Positions 17,756-25,751 of a DNA stretch of 30,162 nt are shown here, in pieces. A program made the translations under genes and the position numbers. The notes below the pieces were generated by a model that saw nothing but the letters and a program-made list of their open reading frames with translations, had not been told where the DNA came from and did no database searches. This DNA is from a virus (lineage: Duplodnaviria > Caudoviricetes), in IMG/VR virus record IMGVR_UViG_3300032295_002696, positions 1 to 30,162 of that record; one strand, written 5' to 3'. Positions within the stretch are counted from its first letter, which is position 1. Each line of letters starts with the position of its first letter.

Positions 17756-18421
17756 TCAAACAGCGATTGCAGTATTTTTGTTACTGATCTCAAGAAGATC
17801 ATAACGCATTTGTTCTACCATTGCAAGAATACGCTCTTGAACATCTGCAGCACCTTCTACTAGTTTCTCAAGTTTCCAACCACCAATGTTAGAGTGAAAA
17901 CCTTCGTCCTTAGCGATAGCAGCATAACGTGAAGAAATGAACTCATCTTCTACACACTCAGCCATTTCGTTCCAAACCGCCTCTGCACGACCCTCAGCAA
18001 CGAGTTGATATGCAGCAAGGGCAGCAGGATCAGATGATGCACCATACTTGTCTAAGAGGGTTGCACCCTTAGCCTGAGGCGCAGAGGCTTCTGCAGCAAA
18101 TGCAGCATCAACATCTACCTTCTCGCCAGAGATGTGTTCAATAACTTCCTTAACCATACGGAAGTGTTTTGCCTCATCTTGTGCTTGTTTTGTGAGTAGT
18201 TCAAGTTCAGTTACATCCATAGAAGCAGGAGCAGAAGCGACTTCAGCAGCAATAGCCTTCATGTTCATGGCTTCATTTACCATACGACCACGGAAGTGTT
18301 CTACCATATGTTCTTTACTTGGGTTGGAAGCAAAGAAACGACGAACATTAATGCGAGACTGATCGAAAAGTTCCGCATTACCTTCTCTAATTTTTGTTAC
18401 GAATTCTTTTCCTGTTAACAT
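17756..18421 (-). CDS. Ferritin-like diiron-carboxylate protein
   Basis: NE...QDEAKH...AE...DEGFH, two E...ExxH units; ATG at 18421 (GTG at 18433 possible). Confidence 0.8.
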   Translation of the reverse strand: MLTGKEFVTKIREGNAELFDQSRINVRRFFASNPSKEHMVEHFRGRMVNEAMNMKAIAAEVASAPASMDVTELELLTKQAQDEAKHFRMVKEVIEHISGEKVDVDAAFAAEASAPQAKGATLLDKYGASSDPAALAAYQLVAEGRAEAVWNEMAECVEDEFISSRYAAIAKDEGFHSNIGGWKLEKLVEGAADVQERILAMVEQMRYDLLEISNKNTAIAV

Positions 18422-18422
18422 T

Positions 18423-19343
18423 TTAGCATTCACTTACAAATGTATCATTATTTATAGCGCAGTCAAACTCCCGTATGTGAGATTTTTTAATATAGTCAAT
18501 TTTCTCAATCCAAACCATATACATTTTGCGAATTAGATTTTCATTAAATTTTCCCAAATTCATTTCAGAATATAAAAGTTTGATATTTTCTATGGTTTCA
18601 TCTTCATTTAAAAACCAATTACAATCCCACTGATGGGTTATTAGTGGTTTCATAAAATCACTACTTTTATTAAAAATATCCTCTATTACATCCATATTCA
18701 CATCATCATGTTGTGTTCTATAATCGATATCACATTTCATATTATGCATATTCCATGAATGTATCGTAGGTCCACTGGGTTTGAACTGAAACAATCTTTC
18801 AATATCTGATTGATAACTAGATTTAATTTTTTCCTGTTCTTTTTTTGTCAAACAATTAAATTTTTCAATGGTAAACAAATCTAGATTAGGAATTGAAACA
18901 TCTTTATTATCTAATACTGTCCTTAAAGAGATAAAAAGATCTGGATTTACTAGGGCGATAAAATATTTTGACCCAAACAACTGTATCAATCTATCCTCTG
19001 GGTCTTTTAACATTAACGTGCGTAATGGTAAAAATTGAGGCATTGAAACTTTACTTATCAAAGTTTTAGGTGAATTGACAGAGTGGTAAATTTTTTTAGA
19101 TTGATAAGTAGAAAATATTAAATTATTTTTACCTCTAGAAAAACTATGAAATAACATGGAAACGTCAGACCAAATAGGAAGTCCATTTATTTCTCTAATA
19201 TTAGACATTCCCCTAAAAAAAAATTTTACTTTTTCTTCAAGGGCACAATTATTAAAATATACTTCATCACTCATAGTAAGACAAGAAGCCAAAAAATTGG
19301 CTCCATCTATACCTTCAGCTCCAATAAGAATATTATTATTCAT
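18423..19343 (-). CDS. Hypothetical protein, possible sulfotransferase-like fold (paralog 1)
   Basis: Start MNNNILIG at 19343 chosen by alignment with the paralog; GANFLASCL; LITHQWDCNWFLNED. Confidence 0.6.
   Translation of the reverse strand: MNNNILIGAEGIDGANFLASCLTMSDEVYFNNCALEEKVKFFFRGMSNIREINGLPIWSDVSMLFHSFSRGKNNLIFSTYQSKKIYHSVNSPKTLISKVSMPQFLPLRTLMLKDPEDRLIQLFGSKYFIALVNPDLFISLRTVLDNKDVSIPNLDLFTIEKFNCLTKKEQEKIKSSYQSDIERLFQFKPSGPTIHSWNMHNMKCDIDYRTQHDDVNMDVIEDIFNKSSDFMKPLITHQWDCNWFLNEDETIENIKLLYSEMNLGKFNENLIRKMYMVWIEKIDYIKKSHIREFDCAINNDTFVSEC
18449..18456 (-). promoter_or_regulatory. T4-type late promoter TATAAATA
   Basis: Exact consensus inside the 3' end of the upstream gene, just before the ferritin-like gene. 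Confidence 0.7.
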
Positions 19344-19362
19344 AGTAATAGGTTCGTTACAT

Positions 19363-20322
19363 TTATATATGATTAATCCACCTATCACTAGGAAAAAAAT
19401 CTGCAGAAGGGATTATAGTTTGAAATGATATATCATCGGATTCATATCCCATGTACCACTTTTTAATATAATCCATTTTATTAATCCACAACTGATACAT
19501 TTTACGTATTAATTTTTCATTCAGTTGTCCTAAATTCATTTCGCAATATAATACTTTAAGATTTTCAATGGTTGCATCTTCATTTAAAAACCAATTACAA
19601 TCCCACTGATGAGTGATCAATGTTTTTAATAAATCATTATCAATTTTATATAATTCAGTAAGTTGAAAAAGGTCGTCTAGACCACTCTTATGATAAGATT
19701 CAAGATTCCCTCGTACTTCTGTTGTCAATTCGTTAAATCCACTGACTGTAGTTGAATTTGTGATCTCATCCATATTTGTTAGTGGTCCATCGTACCACTT
19801 TATGTCAGGAATTATAGCAAATCCATCGTCCCAACTATTCGATATTCTAGTATCTTCTTTAATTTTTATACTTCTCAGTGAAGCAAAAAGTCTTGTATTT
19901 ACCAAACAAATAAAATACTTTGACCTAAACATATCGACAATAGGATGTGATAAATTTCTTTCCATCATATCCGACAACGGATAATAAATTGGTACATGCA
20001 ATCTAGATATATGAACTTTTTCTCCCAATTTTTCTTCGGGTGAAAATCTTTCAAAACTATTATTGAAGTCGTTAATTAATGCTTGGCGATAATGAACATA
20101 ACCATTTGATTGATAAGAACTTCCATAAAACATAAAAACATCAGACCAAACAGGATTACCATCCACTTTGGTGATGTTTGACATATTTTTAAAGTAATAC
20201 TCTATTTTACCGCGAAGAGTAAAGTGATTAAAATAAACTTCGTCACTCATAGCGAGACAGGACGCTAAAAAATGACACCCATCCCAACCCAAATGACCAA
20301 TTAAGATATTATTATTAGTCAT
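19363..20322 (-). CDS. Hypothetical protein, possible sulfotransferase-like fold (paralog 2)
   Basis: NNILIGHLGWDGCHFLASCLAMSDEVYFN; LITHQWDCNWFLNED shared with the paralog. Confidence 0.6.
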   Translation of the reverse strand: MTNNNILIGHLGWDGCHFLASCLAMSDEVYFNHFTLRGKIEYYFKNMSNITKVDGNPVWSDVFMFYGSSYQSNGYVHYRQALINDFNNSFERFSPEEKLGEKVHISRLHVPIYYPLSDMMERNLSHPIVDMFRSKYFICLVNTRLFASLRSIKIKEDTRISNSWDDGFAIIPDIKWYDGPLTNMDEITNSTTVSGFNELTTEVRGNLESYHKSGLDDLFQLTELYKIDNDLLKTLITHQWDCNWFLNEDATIENLKVLYCEMNLGQLNEKLIRKMYQLWINKMDYIKKWYMGYESDDISFQTIIPSADFFPSDRWINHI

Positions 20323-20894
20323 AATAATGTTACCAAAATATCAGAAAATGTTTTATCAACTACAATATTTTCGCCAAAATTTTCGTAAATCCATTCCGAT
20401 GTAAAATATTCCCACTTACATTTATTCAATCTACCAAACTCTAAGATACAAGAGTTTTGTTTCATAATCTCACTTAACATTATACCACTATTCTTATATG
20501 CGGTATAATTTGGATATTGAATTTGGAATCCCCCAGCCTCATGCCACCAAGCATAACTAGTCATATCTGGGCGATAAATCATCATGATCCAATCATCAGG
20601 AAACTTTTTTCGTATTTCACCTAGATAATAAGACCACTCATGACTCTTAACTAGTTTACATCCATCTAGTTCCAACCATGCTTGATCAATATAATCTCCA
20701 TCAAGAATTGGTTCAAATTCCATTCCAGGACCAAAGTATGCACCTTTGTGTCCAGTATAACTATGATGATCGTATTCACGTTCAGGAGTGCGGTCAGAAG
20801 TATTCATACCAGACATCTTTTCTAATGTCTGGGCGATACCACTCCAACGAGATCCAGGAACTCCAGTAAAAAATATTCTTTTAGGTAACTTCAT
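20319..20894 (-). CDS. Hypothetical protein, P-loop/sulfotransferase-like
   Basis: IFFTGVPGSRWS loop, LVKSH, MIYRP; ATGA-type packing with neighbours. Confidence 0.55.
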   Translation of the reverse strand: MKLPKRIFFTGVPGSRWSGIAQTLEKMSGMNTSDRTPEREYDHHSYTGHKGAYFGPGMEFEPILDGDYIDQAWLELDGCKLVKSHEWSYYLGEIRKKFPDDWIMMIYRPDMTSYAWWHEAGGFQIQYPNYTAYKNSGIMLSEIMKQNSCILEFGRLNKCKWEYFTSEWIYENFGENIVVDKTFSDILVTLL

Positions 20895-21408
20895 GAACCA
20901 GGAACAACTGAATGAATACTTTGGGACAAAGTGGAAAAGTAATTTAGATCAATATCTATACTCTGGATGGAACTTGATTAATAATGTTGCAGATGATGAA
21001 TGGGTTTTAGATGTTGGATGTGGAACTAATCCATTTAAAGAAAAAATAAAAAATTTAATTGGTATAGACCCAGCATTTGATCAAGCAGATTATAAAGTAA
21101 CAATAGATAAGTTTAAGACATATCAAAAATTTGATGTTGCCTTTTGTTTAGGTAGTATAAATTTTGGCCCAGGTGATAAAATTATATCAGAAATAAATTC
21201 AGTAGTAAAGTTACTTAATAAAGAATCCAGAATTTATTGGAGATGTAATCCTGGAAGAAAAGATCATGGAAATTTAGAGTGTCAACAAATAGATTTCTTC
21301 CCATGGACTTTTGAAATTCATGAAAAATTTTCAAATCATTTTGGATTTAAATGTGTAGATTTAAAATGGGATAGTAATCACCGAATTTATGCAGAATGGT
21401 CAAAATGA
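20893..21408 (+). CDS. Class I SAM-dependent methyltransferase
   Basis: VLDVGCG motif I, IGID, FDVAFCLGSINF; likely ATG at 20893 with AGGT upstream; only credible plus-strand gene. Confidence 0.85.
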   Translation: MNQEQLNEYFGTKWKSNLDQYLYSGWNLINNVADDEWVLDVGCGTNPFKEKIKNLIGIDPAFDQADYKVTIDKFKTYQKFDVAFCLGSINFGPGDKIISEINSVVKLLNKESRIYWRCNPGRKDHGNLECQQIDFFPWTFEIHEKFSNHFGFKCVDLKWDSNHRIYAEWSK

Positions 21409-21430
21409 TAGTTATTATAAGTAAAATTAT

Positions 21431-21640
21431 TCAGATTGTTGGAAGTTGTTGTCCATCTTTAACTTCAATATAGATGACTGGAGGACTATCATTCCAATGT
21501 CGTATGACTCCGGCAACGATAAAACAATTAGTAATTAAATACGAAACAAATATAAAAGTACGAATGACTGCAATTTTATCTGCTATTTTGTCTCTTCTAT
21601 GAGCCTTTTCTCCTAAAGCTTTTGCCCAAAGTCTCCACAT
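21431..21640 (-). CDS. Small cyanophage membrane protein
   Basis: MWRLWAKALGEK...IRTFIFVSYLITNCFIVAGVIRHWN, one transmembrane segment. Confidence 0.75.
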   Translation of the reverse strand: MWRLWAKALGEKAHRRDKIADKIAVIRTFIFVSYLITNCFIVAGVIRHWNDSPPVIYIEVKDGQQLPTI

Positions 21641-21648
21641 GTTATTTT

Positions 21649-22251
21649 TTAGTTCTGTAGATAATTTACGAATTGATTAGTCTTGTTCATAGATAAGTCA
21701 AAATTAATTACGCACCTAGGACTATTTTTTGGAATTCCTCCAGCATGATAGTACATACCATCAAAAATAACTGCTCGACCTTGTTTAGGAGTTACTTTCT
21801 CAAGAATTAAAGATTCATCAATTTTTTCAAAAATTGAAGTTACATAATCATACTTTTTTTTAGAAATTATGGTATCCCCATCAGAGTCATTTACGTAATA
21901 CAAAAATACTAAATGTGGAAAAGTAAAATCTACATGAAAATGTCCATAATTTTGTTCGTAATTACTTGGAACTTGCAGGAATGTTCTAGCAGCTAAAATT
22001 GATTCAAAATCAACCCCAGATTTTTCAGATATACAATATATTGCGGGAAGTAAAAAATGAAAATTTTCCGAATCAACAACGCCTTGACTATAATTTCCTA
22101 ATGGGTTACAAAATCCATAAACAGATCCTTTTCCAGTTTTGTGGTCAACTATAGTCGGAGTATATCCCCATTTAAACTGTTGCCGGAACAACTTTTCTAT
22201 TATTTCAGTTTGGTATCTCTTTGGTATTGCATCATCAATTACTTTGATCAT
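21649..22251 (-). CDS. 2OG-Fe(II) oxygenase
   Basis: FHVD (HxD), LYYVNDSDGDT, PKQGRAVIFDG, YHAG, RCVINF. Confidence 0.85.
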   Translation of the reverse strand: MIKVIDDAIPKRYQTEIIEKLFRQQFKWGYTPTIVDHKTGKGSVYGFCNPLGNYSQGVVDSENFHFLLPAIYCISEKSGVDFESILAARTFLQVPSNYEQNYGHFHVDFTFPHLVFLYYVNDSDGDTIISKKKYDYVTSIFEKIDESLILEKVTPKQGRAVIFDGMYYHAGGIPKNSPRCVINFDLSMNKTNQFVNYLQN

Positions 22252-22275
22252 AGTGATATATTTAATAAAAAAATT

Positions 22276-22506
22276 TTAATCATGAATAGAATCTCTAGAT
22301 CTAACATACTTCAATTCTTTCCACTCGCTGTGATAACATATTACTAAAACCCTTTCATTACGGTGCAAACTACAGGCCTGATAATTTACCCCGTTTTTAG
22401 GACGCACATTAATTTCAATTGTAATATATTCATTGTCTTTGAAATAAACCCAACCCTCAACTCCTTTTGTCCATTTAACATAATCGTTGACTTGGGGTTC
22501 GTACAT
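22276..22506 (-). CDS. Hypothetical cyanophage protein
   Basis: 76-aa ORF, stop/start overlap with neighbour. Confidence 0.75.
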   Translation of the reverse strand: MYEPQVNDYVKWTKGVEGWVYFKDNEYITIEINVRPKNGVNYQACSLHRNERVLVICYHSEWKELKYVRSRDSIHD

Positions 22507-22718
22507 CAGAGTTTGCCTCCTACCACACCATCATATTTAACCTCGTTTTCAACGAACCCTTCTTGTTTACTTTTTAGATACCAACGAGTCGCAGAAACGC
22601 AGAGTTCTTTTTGAAGAGAAGTAAGAAGTTCTTTACCTTCCTTATCATAGGAAGTCCAAGTTCCCCACTTCTTTTTTTCTACTCGGAAACAATCATCAAT
22701 CCATTCAAATTCAGTCAT
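22506..22718 (-). CDS. Hypothetical cyanophage protein
   Basis: 70 aa ending YDGVVGGKL. Confidence 0.75.
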   Translation of the reverse strand: MTEFEWIDDCFRVEKKKWGTWTSYDKEGKELLTSLQKELCVSATRWYLKSKQEGFVENEVKYDGVVGGKL

Positions 22719-22890
22719 CAGATTTAATAATCAAAGTGTAATCTTTCTTTTTCAATTGATGTCTTTTCAAGAACCTATCAACATGTTCTTGACATTCAAA
22801 CCAATGAACTTTTTTTTCTTTGTCTTCTTTCAATTCAAGACGAAAAGGAAATCCAGAATAAGGAAACTTTTCTGATGTGGAAATGACCAT
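22711..22890 (-). CDS. Hypothetical cyanophage protein
   Basis: FPYSGFPFRLE...WFECQEH; first gene after the promoter at 22917-22945. Confidence 0.7.
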   Translation of the reverse strand: MVISTSEKFPYSGFPFRLELKEDKEKKVHWFECQEHVDRFLKRHQLKKKDYTLIIKSDD

Positions 22891-22916
22891 GATCAAGTGG
22901 GTTGTTCTCGTCTTTG

Positions 22917-22945
22917 AGTATACACGGGATCGAACGGTTAGTCAA
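22917..22945 (-). promoter_or_regulatory. Sigma70-type early promoter
   Basis: TTGACT-17 bp-TATACT in the intergenic gap. Confidence 0.8.
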
Positions 22946-22958
22946 GTATCTCAGTTTA

Positions 22959-23147
22959 CTAGTCGTAAAGATTTTGTTCTTGTTGTATTCTATCTAAGTA
23001 GTGATAGATAGTTTCTCTTGAATATTGAAAGTCCTCAAATCGTTGTGGTTTATTTTTTTCCATCTTAGTGAGCATATTCACCCAGTCATAGTGACTATTC
23101 ACTACCCATCCATAATGATGGTCTTCACATAATAGTTTGAACATCAC
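22959..23147 (-). CDS. Hypothetical protein
   Basis: 62-aa ORF overlapping the upstream stop. Confidence 0.65.
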   Translation of the reverse strand: MMFKLLCEDHHYGWVVNSHYDWVNMLTKMEKNKPQRFEDFQYSRETIYHYLDRIQQEQNLYD

Positions 23148-23359
23148 TCAAACTCTCCAGGTTTGTTCCTTTTATCTACAGGCTCCAATTGATCCCCATC
23201 AACACAAGTGACTGAAATAGCAGTGGATTTAGTTGCTTCTGCCATCTCACGATAACCAAGTCCAACATAAATTTGTCCACCAACTACAGCAACTGCCATA
23301 GCACCCCAAAAAACATAATACCAACTTGATTTAATTTGATGCAGGTGTTTCTTTTTCAT
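23144..23359 (-). CDS. Small membrane protein
   Basis: HQIKSSWYYVFWGAMAVAVVGGQIYVGLGYREMAEAT; likely ATG at 23359. Confidence 0.7.
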   Translation of the reverse strand: MKKKHLHQIKSSWYYVFWGAMAVAVVGGQIYVGLGYREMAEATKSTAISVTCVDGDQLEPVDKRNKPGEFE

Positions 23360-23369
23360 GATGTTAGTT

Positions 23370-24083
23370 TCAATAAGTAATAAGTTTAAATTCACCGTTC
23401 CTTTCAACAATTGCAGAACAGGTGTCTACAAAATCTCCACAGCACATATACTCAATATCATCAAACTTACGAACATTTGCATGATGAATATGTCCAACAA
23501 TAATTCCTTTATATCCACCTCTCTTACGACAATAATTTGCCAGATCTGTCTCGTATTGACTGATATATTTTTTACCTCTGATTGTATTTTTAAGAAGATA
23601 TACCAAAGAAAAACGAAAGATTTTTTCCATGAACAAACTCATTGGAGTAATTAGTTCATATCCTTTATTAAAGATTAGTTGTTTCCATGAACCAGAAGAA
23701 AATTGGGAGTGTTGATCTCCATGTGTGCAAAGATACTTATCACCTTTTTTAGTTTTATAGACATACTCTTCACACATAGTAAGGTTTTCATGTTTAAAAG
23801 GACAATACCTCCTCAACATTCCTTCGTGATTTCCAGGAATGTAAATAACTTCTGTACCTTTTTTAGCGATCTTAAGAATCTGGTGAATCGCTTCGGTGTG
23901 TTCTTTTTTCCAGTGAGTATTGTACTTTTCCATGCAGTAGATATCAATAATATCTCCTACAAAAACAAGTTTCTTAGTTTTAATTTTTTTCAAAAACTTG
24001 TAGAATTTTTTTATATTGCATCTTGTTGTACCTAAATGTACATCCGATACAAAGACCGCATCATAAGTCATTTCGTTTTTCAT
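23370..24083 (-). CDS. Calcineurin-like metallophosphoesterase, UDP-2,3-diacylglucosamine hydrolase (LpxH/YbbF)-like
   Basis: SDVHLG, GDIID, GNHE, HGD, GHIH, GDFVDTCSAIVE motifs. Confidence 0.88.
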   Translation of the reverse strand: MKNEMTYDAVFVSDVHLGTTRCNIKKFYKFLKKIKTKKLVFVGDIIDIYCMEKYNTHWKKEHTEAIHQILKIAKKGTEVIYIPGNHEGMLRRYCPFKHENLTMCEEYVYKTKKGDKYLCTHGDQHSQFSSGSWKQLIFNKGYELITPMSLFMEKIFRFSLVYLLKNTIRGKKYISQYETDLANYCRKRGGYKGIIVGHIHHANVRKFDDIEYMCCGDFVDTCSAIVERNGEFKLITY

Positions 24084-24253
24084 TGGAATACTGCAGTAAC
24101 TCCTACCACTTTTGCATTTGGATTCCGAGCAAGAGCAACTTCTCTTGCTTCTTTATAGTCTTTGGCTTCCATTTCTTCGTAGAAAACTTTACCAGCGACA
24201 TAGAGTTGTACTTTACATCTCATAGTAATGTCTCTATCGTAATTATTGTTCAT
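24080..24253 (-). CDS. Hypothetical cyanophage protein (start 24253 or 24223)
   Basis: CKVQLYVAGKVFYEEMEAKDYKEAREVALARNPNAKVVGVTAVF. Confidence 0.7.
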   Translation of the reverse strand: MNNNYDRDITMRCKVQLYVAGKVFYEEMEAKDYKEAREVALARNPNAKVVGVTAVFQ

Positions 24254-24257
24254 TTGT

Positions 24258-24449
24258 TTATATTGTAGGGTATGTTTTATCACTGTCAAATTTAATCCAC
24301 TTGGCATCTTTCATTTTAAGACACATAAGTAGAGTCTCATGTTCTCTCCAGTAAAGATCCCAATCACCTTTGAGTTTTGCTTTAAATCTACGGTGATAGG
24401 CACAACACCATACATTGTGATAAATTTTTGCCTTTTCAGAAAGAGCCAT
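24258..24449 (-). CDS. Hypothetical protein
   Basis: Likely start MALSEK at 24449. Confidence 0.65.
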   Translation of the reverse strand: MALSEKAKIYHNVWCCAYHRRFKAKLKGDWDLYWREHETLLMCLKMKDAKWIKFDSDKTYPTI

Positions 24450-24690
24450 TACCCAATGATTCAAAACAAACACTATTGAATTTACCTTCTACCCCACGAA
24501 GAATTAATTTAGTATGAGATGACTTAACAATCATTTGTTGTACATAGTAAACTCCGCCAGGAACAAGAAGATTTTCTGGATCAGTATTATTTCCCCAATT
24601 AACTTGTTCTCTAGTACATCCAATGAACTTTACATAATGCCCTTCACGAATTTCTGCATAAGAAAATTTAGGTTTGCGGAGGTCTTTCAT
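24436..24690 (-). CDS. Hypothetical protein
   Basis: 84-aa ORF with ATGA overlap. Confidence 0.7.
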   Translation of the reverse strand: MKDLRKPKFSYAEIREGHYVKFIGCTREQVNWGNNTDPENLLVPGGVYYVQQMIVKSSHTKLILRGVEGKFNSVCFESLGNGSF

Positions 24691-24920
24691 TTGTTTTTAA
24701 ACTCCTTCATAAATTCTTTAGCCATCTTCATAGATCTCCTCCACATCAAATACTTTACAATAGGATTTTTTGGATTATTCAAGAACCACCATTTTTTAAT
24801 TTCGTATTGATTTTTTATCAGTTGAGTTACATAATAAAAAGCTTTTGCAACACTATCATCTGTAATGATGAAGTATGCAAAAACTGCAAATACAAAAAGT
24901 AAAAAATATTGGTAACTCAT
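24687..24920 (-). CDS. Small membrane protein
   Basis: N-terminal hydrophobic segment; WWFLNNPKNPIVKYLMW. Confidence 0.7.
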   Translation of the reverse strand: MSYQYFLLFVFAVFAYFIITDDSVAKAFYYVTQLIKNQYEIKKWWFLNNPKNPIVKYLMWRRSMKMAKEFMKEFKNK

Positions 24921-24921
24921 T

Positions 24922-25119
24922 TCAATGCCAACGAAGAGAATTTAAATGTTCTAAAATTACTTCTCTTACATCCATAAGTTCATGAAAACATCTCTGATCA
25001 TGTGCGGCTTGTCGTAATTCATGGTCAGGTTTATGTACACTCTCAATAAACAAATCTAAACCACGATTCCATTTATCTTTTTTTGATTCAGCATCGTATA
25101 TAATGTACGGTTCTGTCAT
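24922..25119 (-). CDS. Hypothetical cyanophage protein
   Basis: WNRGLDLFIESVHKPDHELRQAAHDQRCFHELM. Confidence 0.75.
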   Translation of the reverse strand: MTEPYIIYDAESKKDKWNRGLDLFIESVHKPDHELRQAAHDQRCFHELMDVREVILEHLNSLRWH

Positions 25120-25289
25120 GATACTTGCTCCAAATCTTCTATAGATGATAGGGGTACTTCGTGTTCTGTAATTCGGTAGTAATGTTCACCTTCTCGTACA
25201 CCGAGATATTCAATGTCATCACAACTATGTTCTCTCAACCAAGCTTGAAGACGAAGGTGCATTAACTCAGAGGCATTTGGAACTTTCAT
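25116..25289 (-). CDS. Small hypothetical protein (57 aa, not in ORF track)
   Basis: MKVPNASELMHLRLQAWLREHSCDDIEYLGVREGEHYYRITEHEVPLSSIEDLEQVS*; ATGA overlap with the next gene; follows a consensus promoter. Confidence 0.75.
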   Translation of the reverse strand: MKVPNASELMHLRLQAWLREHSCDDIEYLGVREGEHYYRITEHEVPLSSIEDLEQVS

Positions 25290-25312
25290 AGTAAATCACT
25301 AAACACTTAGTA

Positions 25313-25340
25313 ATTATAAGACATTTAGCCACTTTGTCAA
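25313..25340 (-). promoter_or_regulatory. Sigma70-type early promoter
   Basis: Consensus hexamers TTGACA-16 bp-TATAAT just 3' of the tRNA. Confidence 0.75.
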
Positions 25341-25343
25341 GAG

Positions 25344-25414
25344 TGGAGAATAGGAGAATCGAACTCCTAATAAGTGCTTGCAAAGCACCCGTTATACCGT
25401 TTAACTAATTCCCC
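25344..25414 (-). tRNA. tRNA-Ala(UGC)
   Basis: GGGGAAT/ATTCTCC acceptor stem with G3:U70; D arm GTTA/TAAC; anticodon arm GGTGC-TTTGCAA-GCACT; T arm AGGAG-TTCGATT-CTCCT; discriminator A; 71 nt, CCA not encoded. Confidence 0.95.
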
Positions 25415-25424
25415 ATAAAGAGTC

Positions 25425-25748
25425 TTAAGACTCTATAGGAACAAACTCTACTTCTGTTTTCCATTTAAATCCAGGAGTGTCCCAAGTTTGATTATTATTC
25501 AAAATTTTATTGTTGTTTTCCCGTTCTTCTTCTGTGATATCATATTCATCAGAAGAAACATATTTAGAAAAAGTATTTCCCGAATATAATTGATCTATTT
25601 TTGAACGTTCTGGATAATGTTCAAGAAGAGATTTTGCAGACAACCTAATTTTTTCAGAAAGATCTGGATATTTTACTTCATCTAAAAGAAGTTTTAAAAA
25701 CTCTCTCGTAGCTAGAAGAGAGTTATGTTCTTGTTGTGGCAAGGTCAT
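25425..25748 (-). CDS. Hypothetical protein (N-terminus resembles the BPSL0761 family)
   Basis: MTLPQQEHNSLLATREFL...IRLSAKSLLEHYP. Confidence 0.6.
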   Translation of the reverse strand: MTLPQQEHNSLLATREFLKLLLDEVKYPDLSEKIRLSAKSLLEHYPERSKIDQLYSGNTFSKYVSSDEYDITEEERENNNKILNNNQTWDTPGFKWKTEVEFVPIES

Positions 25749-25751
25749 AAA

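Noticed and set aside
20788-20892. N-terminal extension of the methyltransferase in the ORF track
   Set aside because: Lies antisense within the 20319-20894 gene; ATG 20893 gives a normal domain start
2059-22251. Cyanotoxin cluster (saxitoxin or cylindrospermopsin), which also uses amidinotransferases, sulfotransferases and 2OG oxygenases, plus a carbamoyltransferase for saxitoxin
   Set aside because: No PKS/NRPS or SxtA-like core enzyme; the glycosyltransferases and DegT point to sugar chemistry
25344-25414. tRNA 3' end as an integration site
   Set aside because: No duplicated tRNA fragment and no integrase in the window
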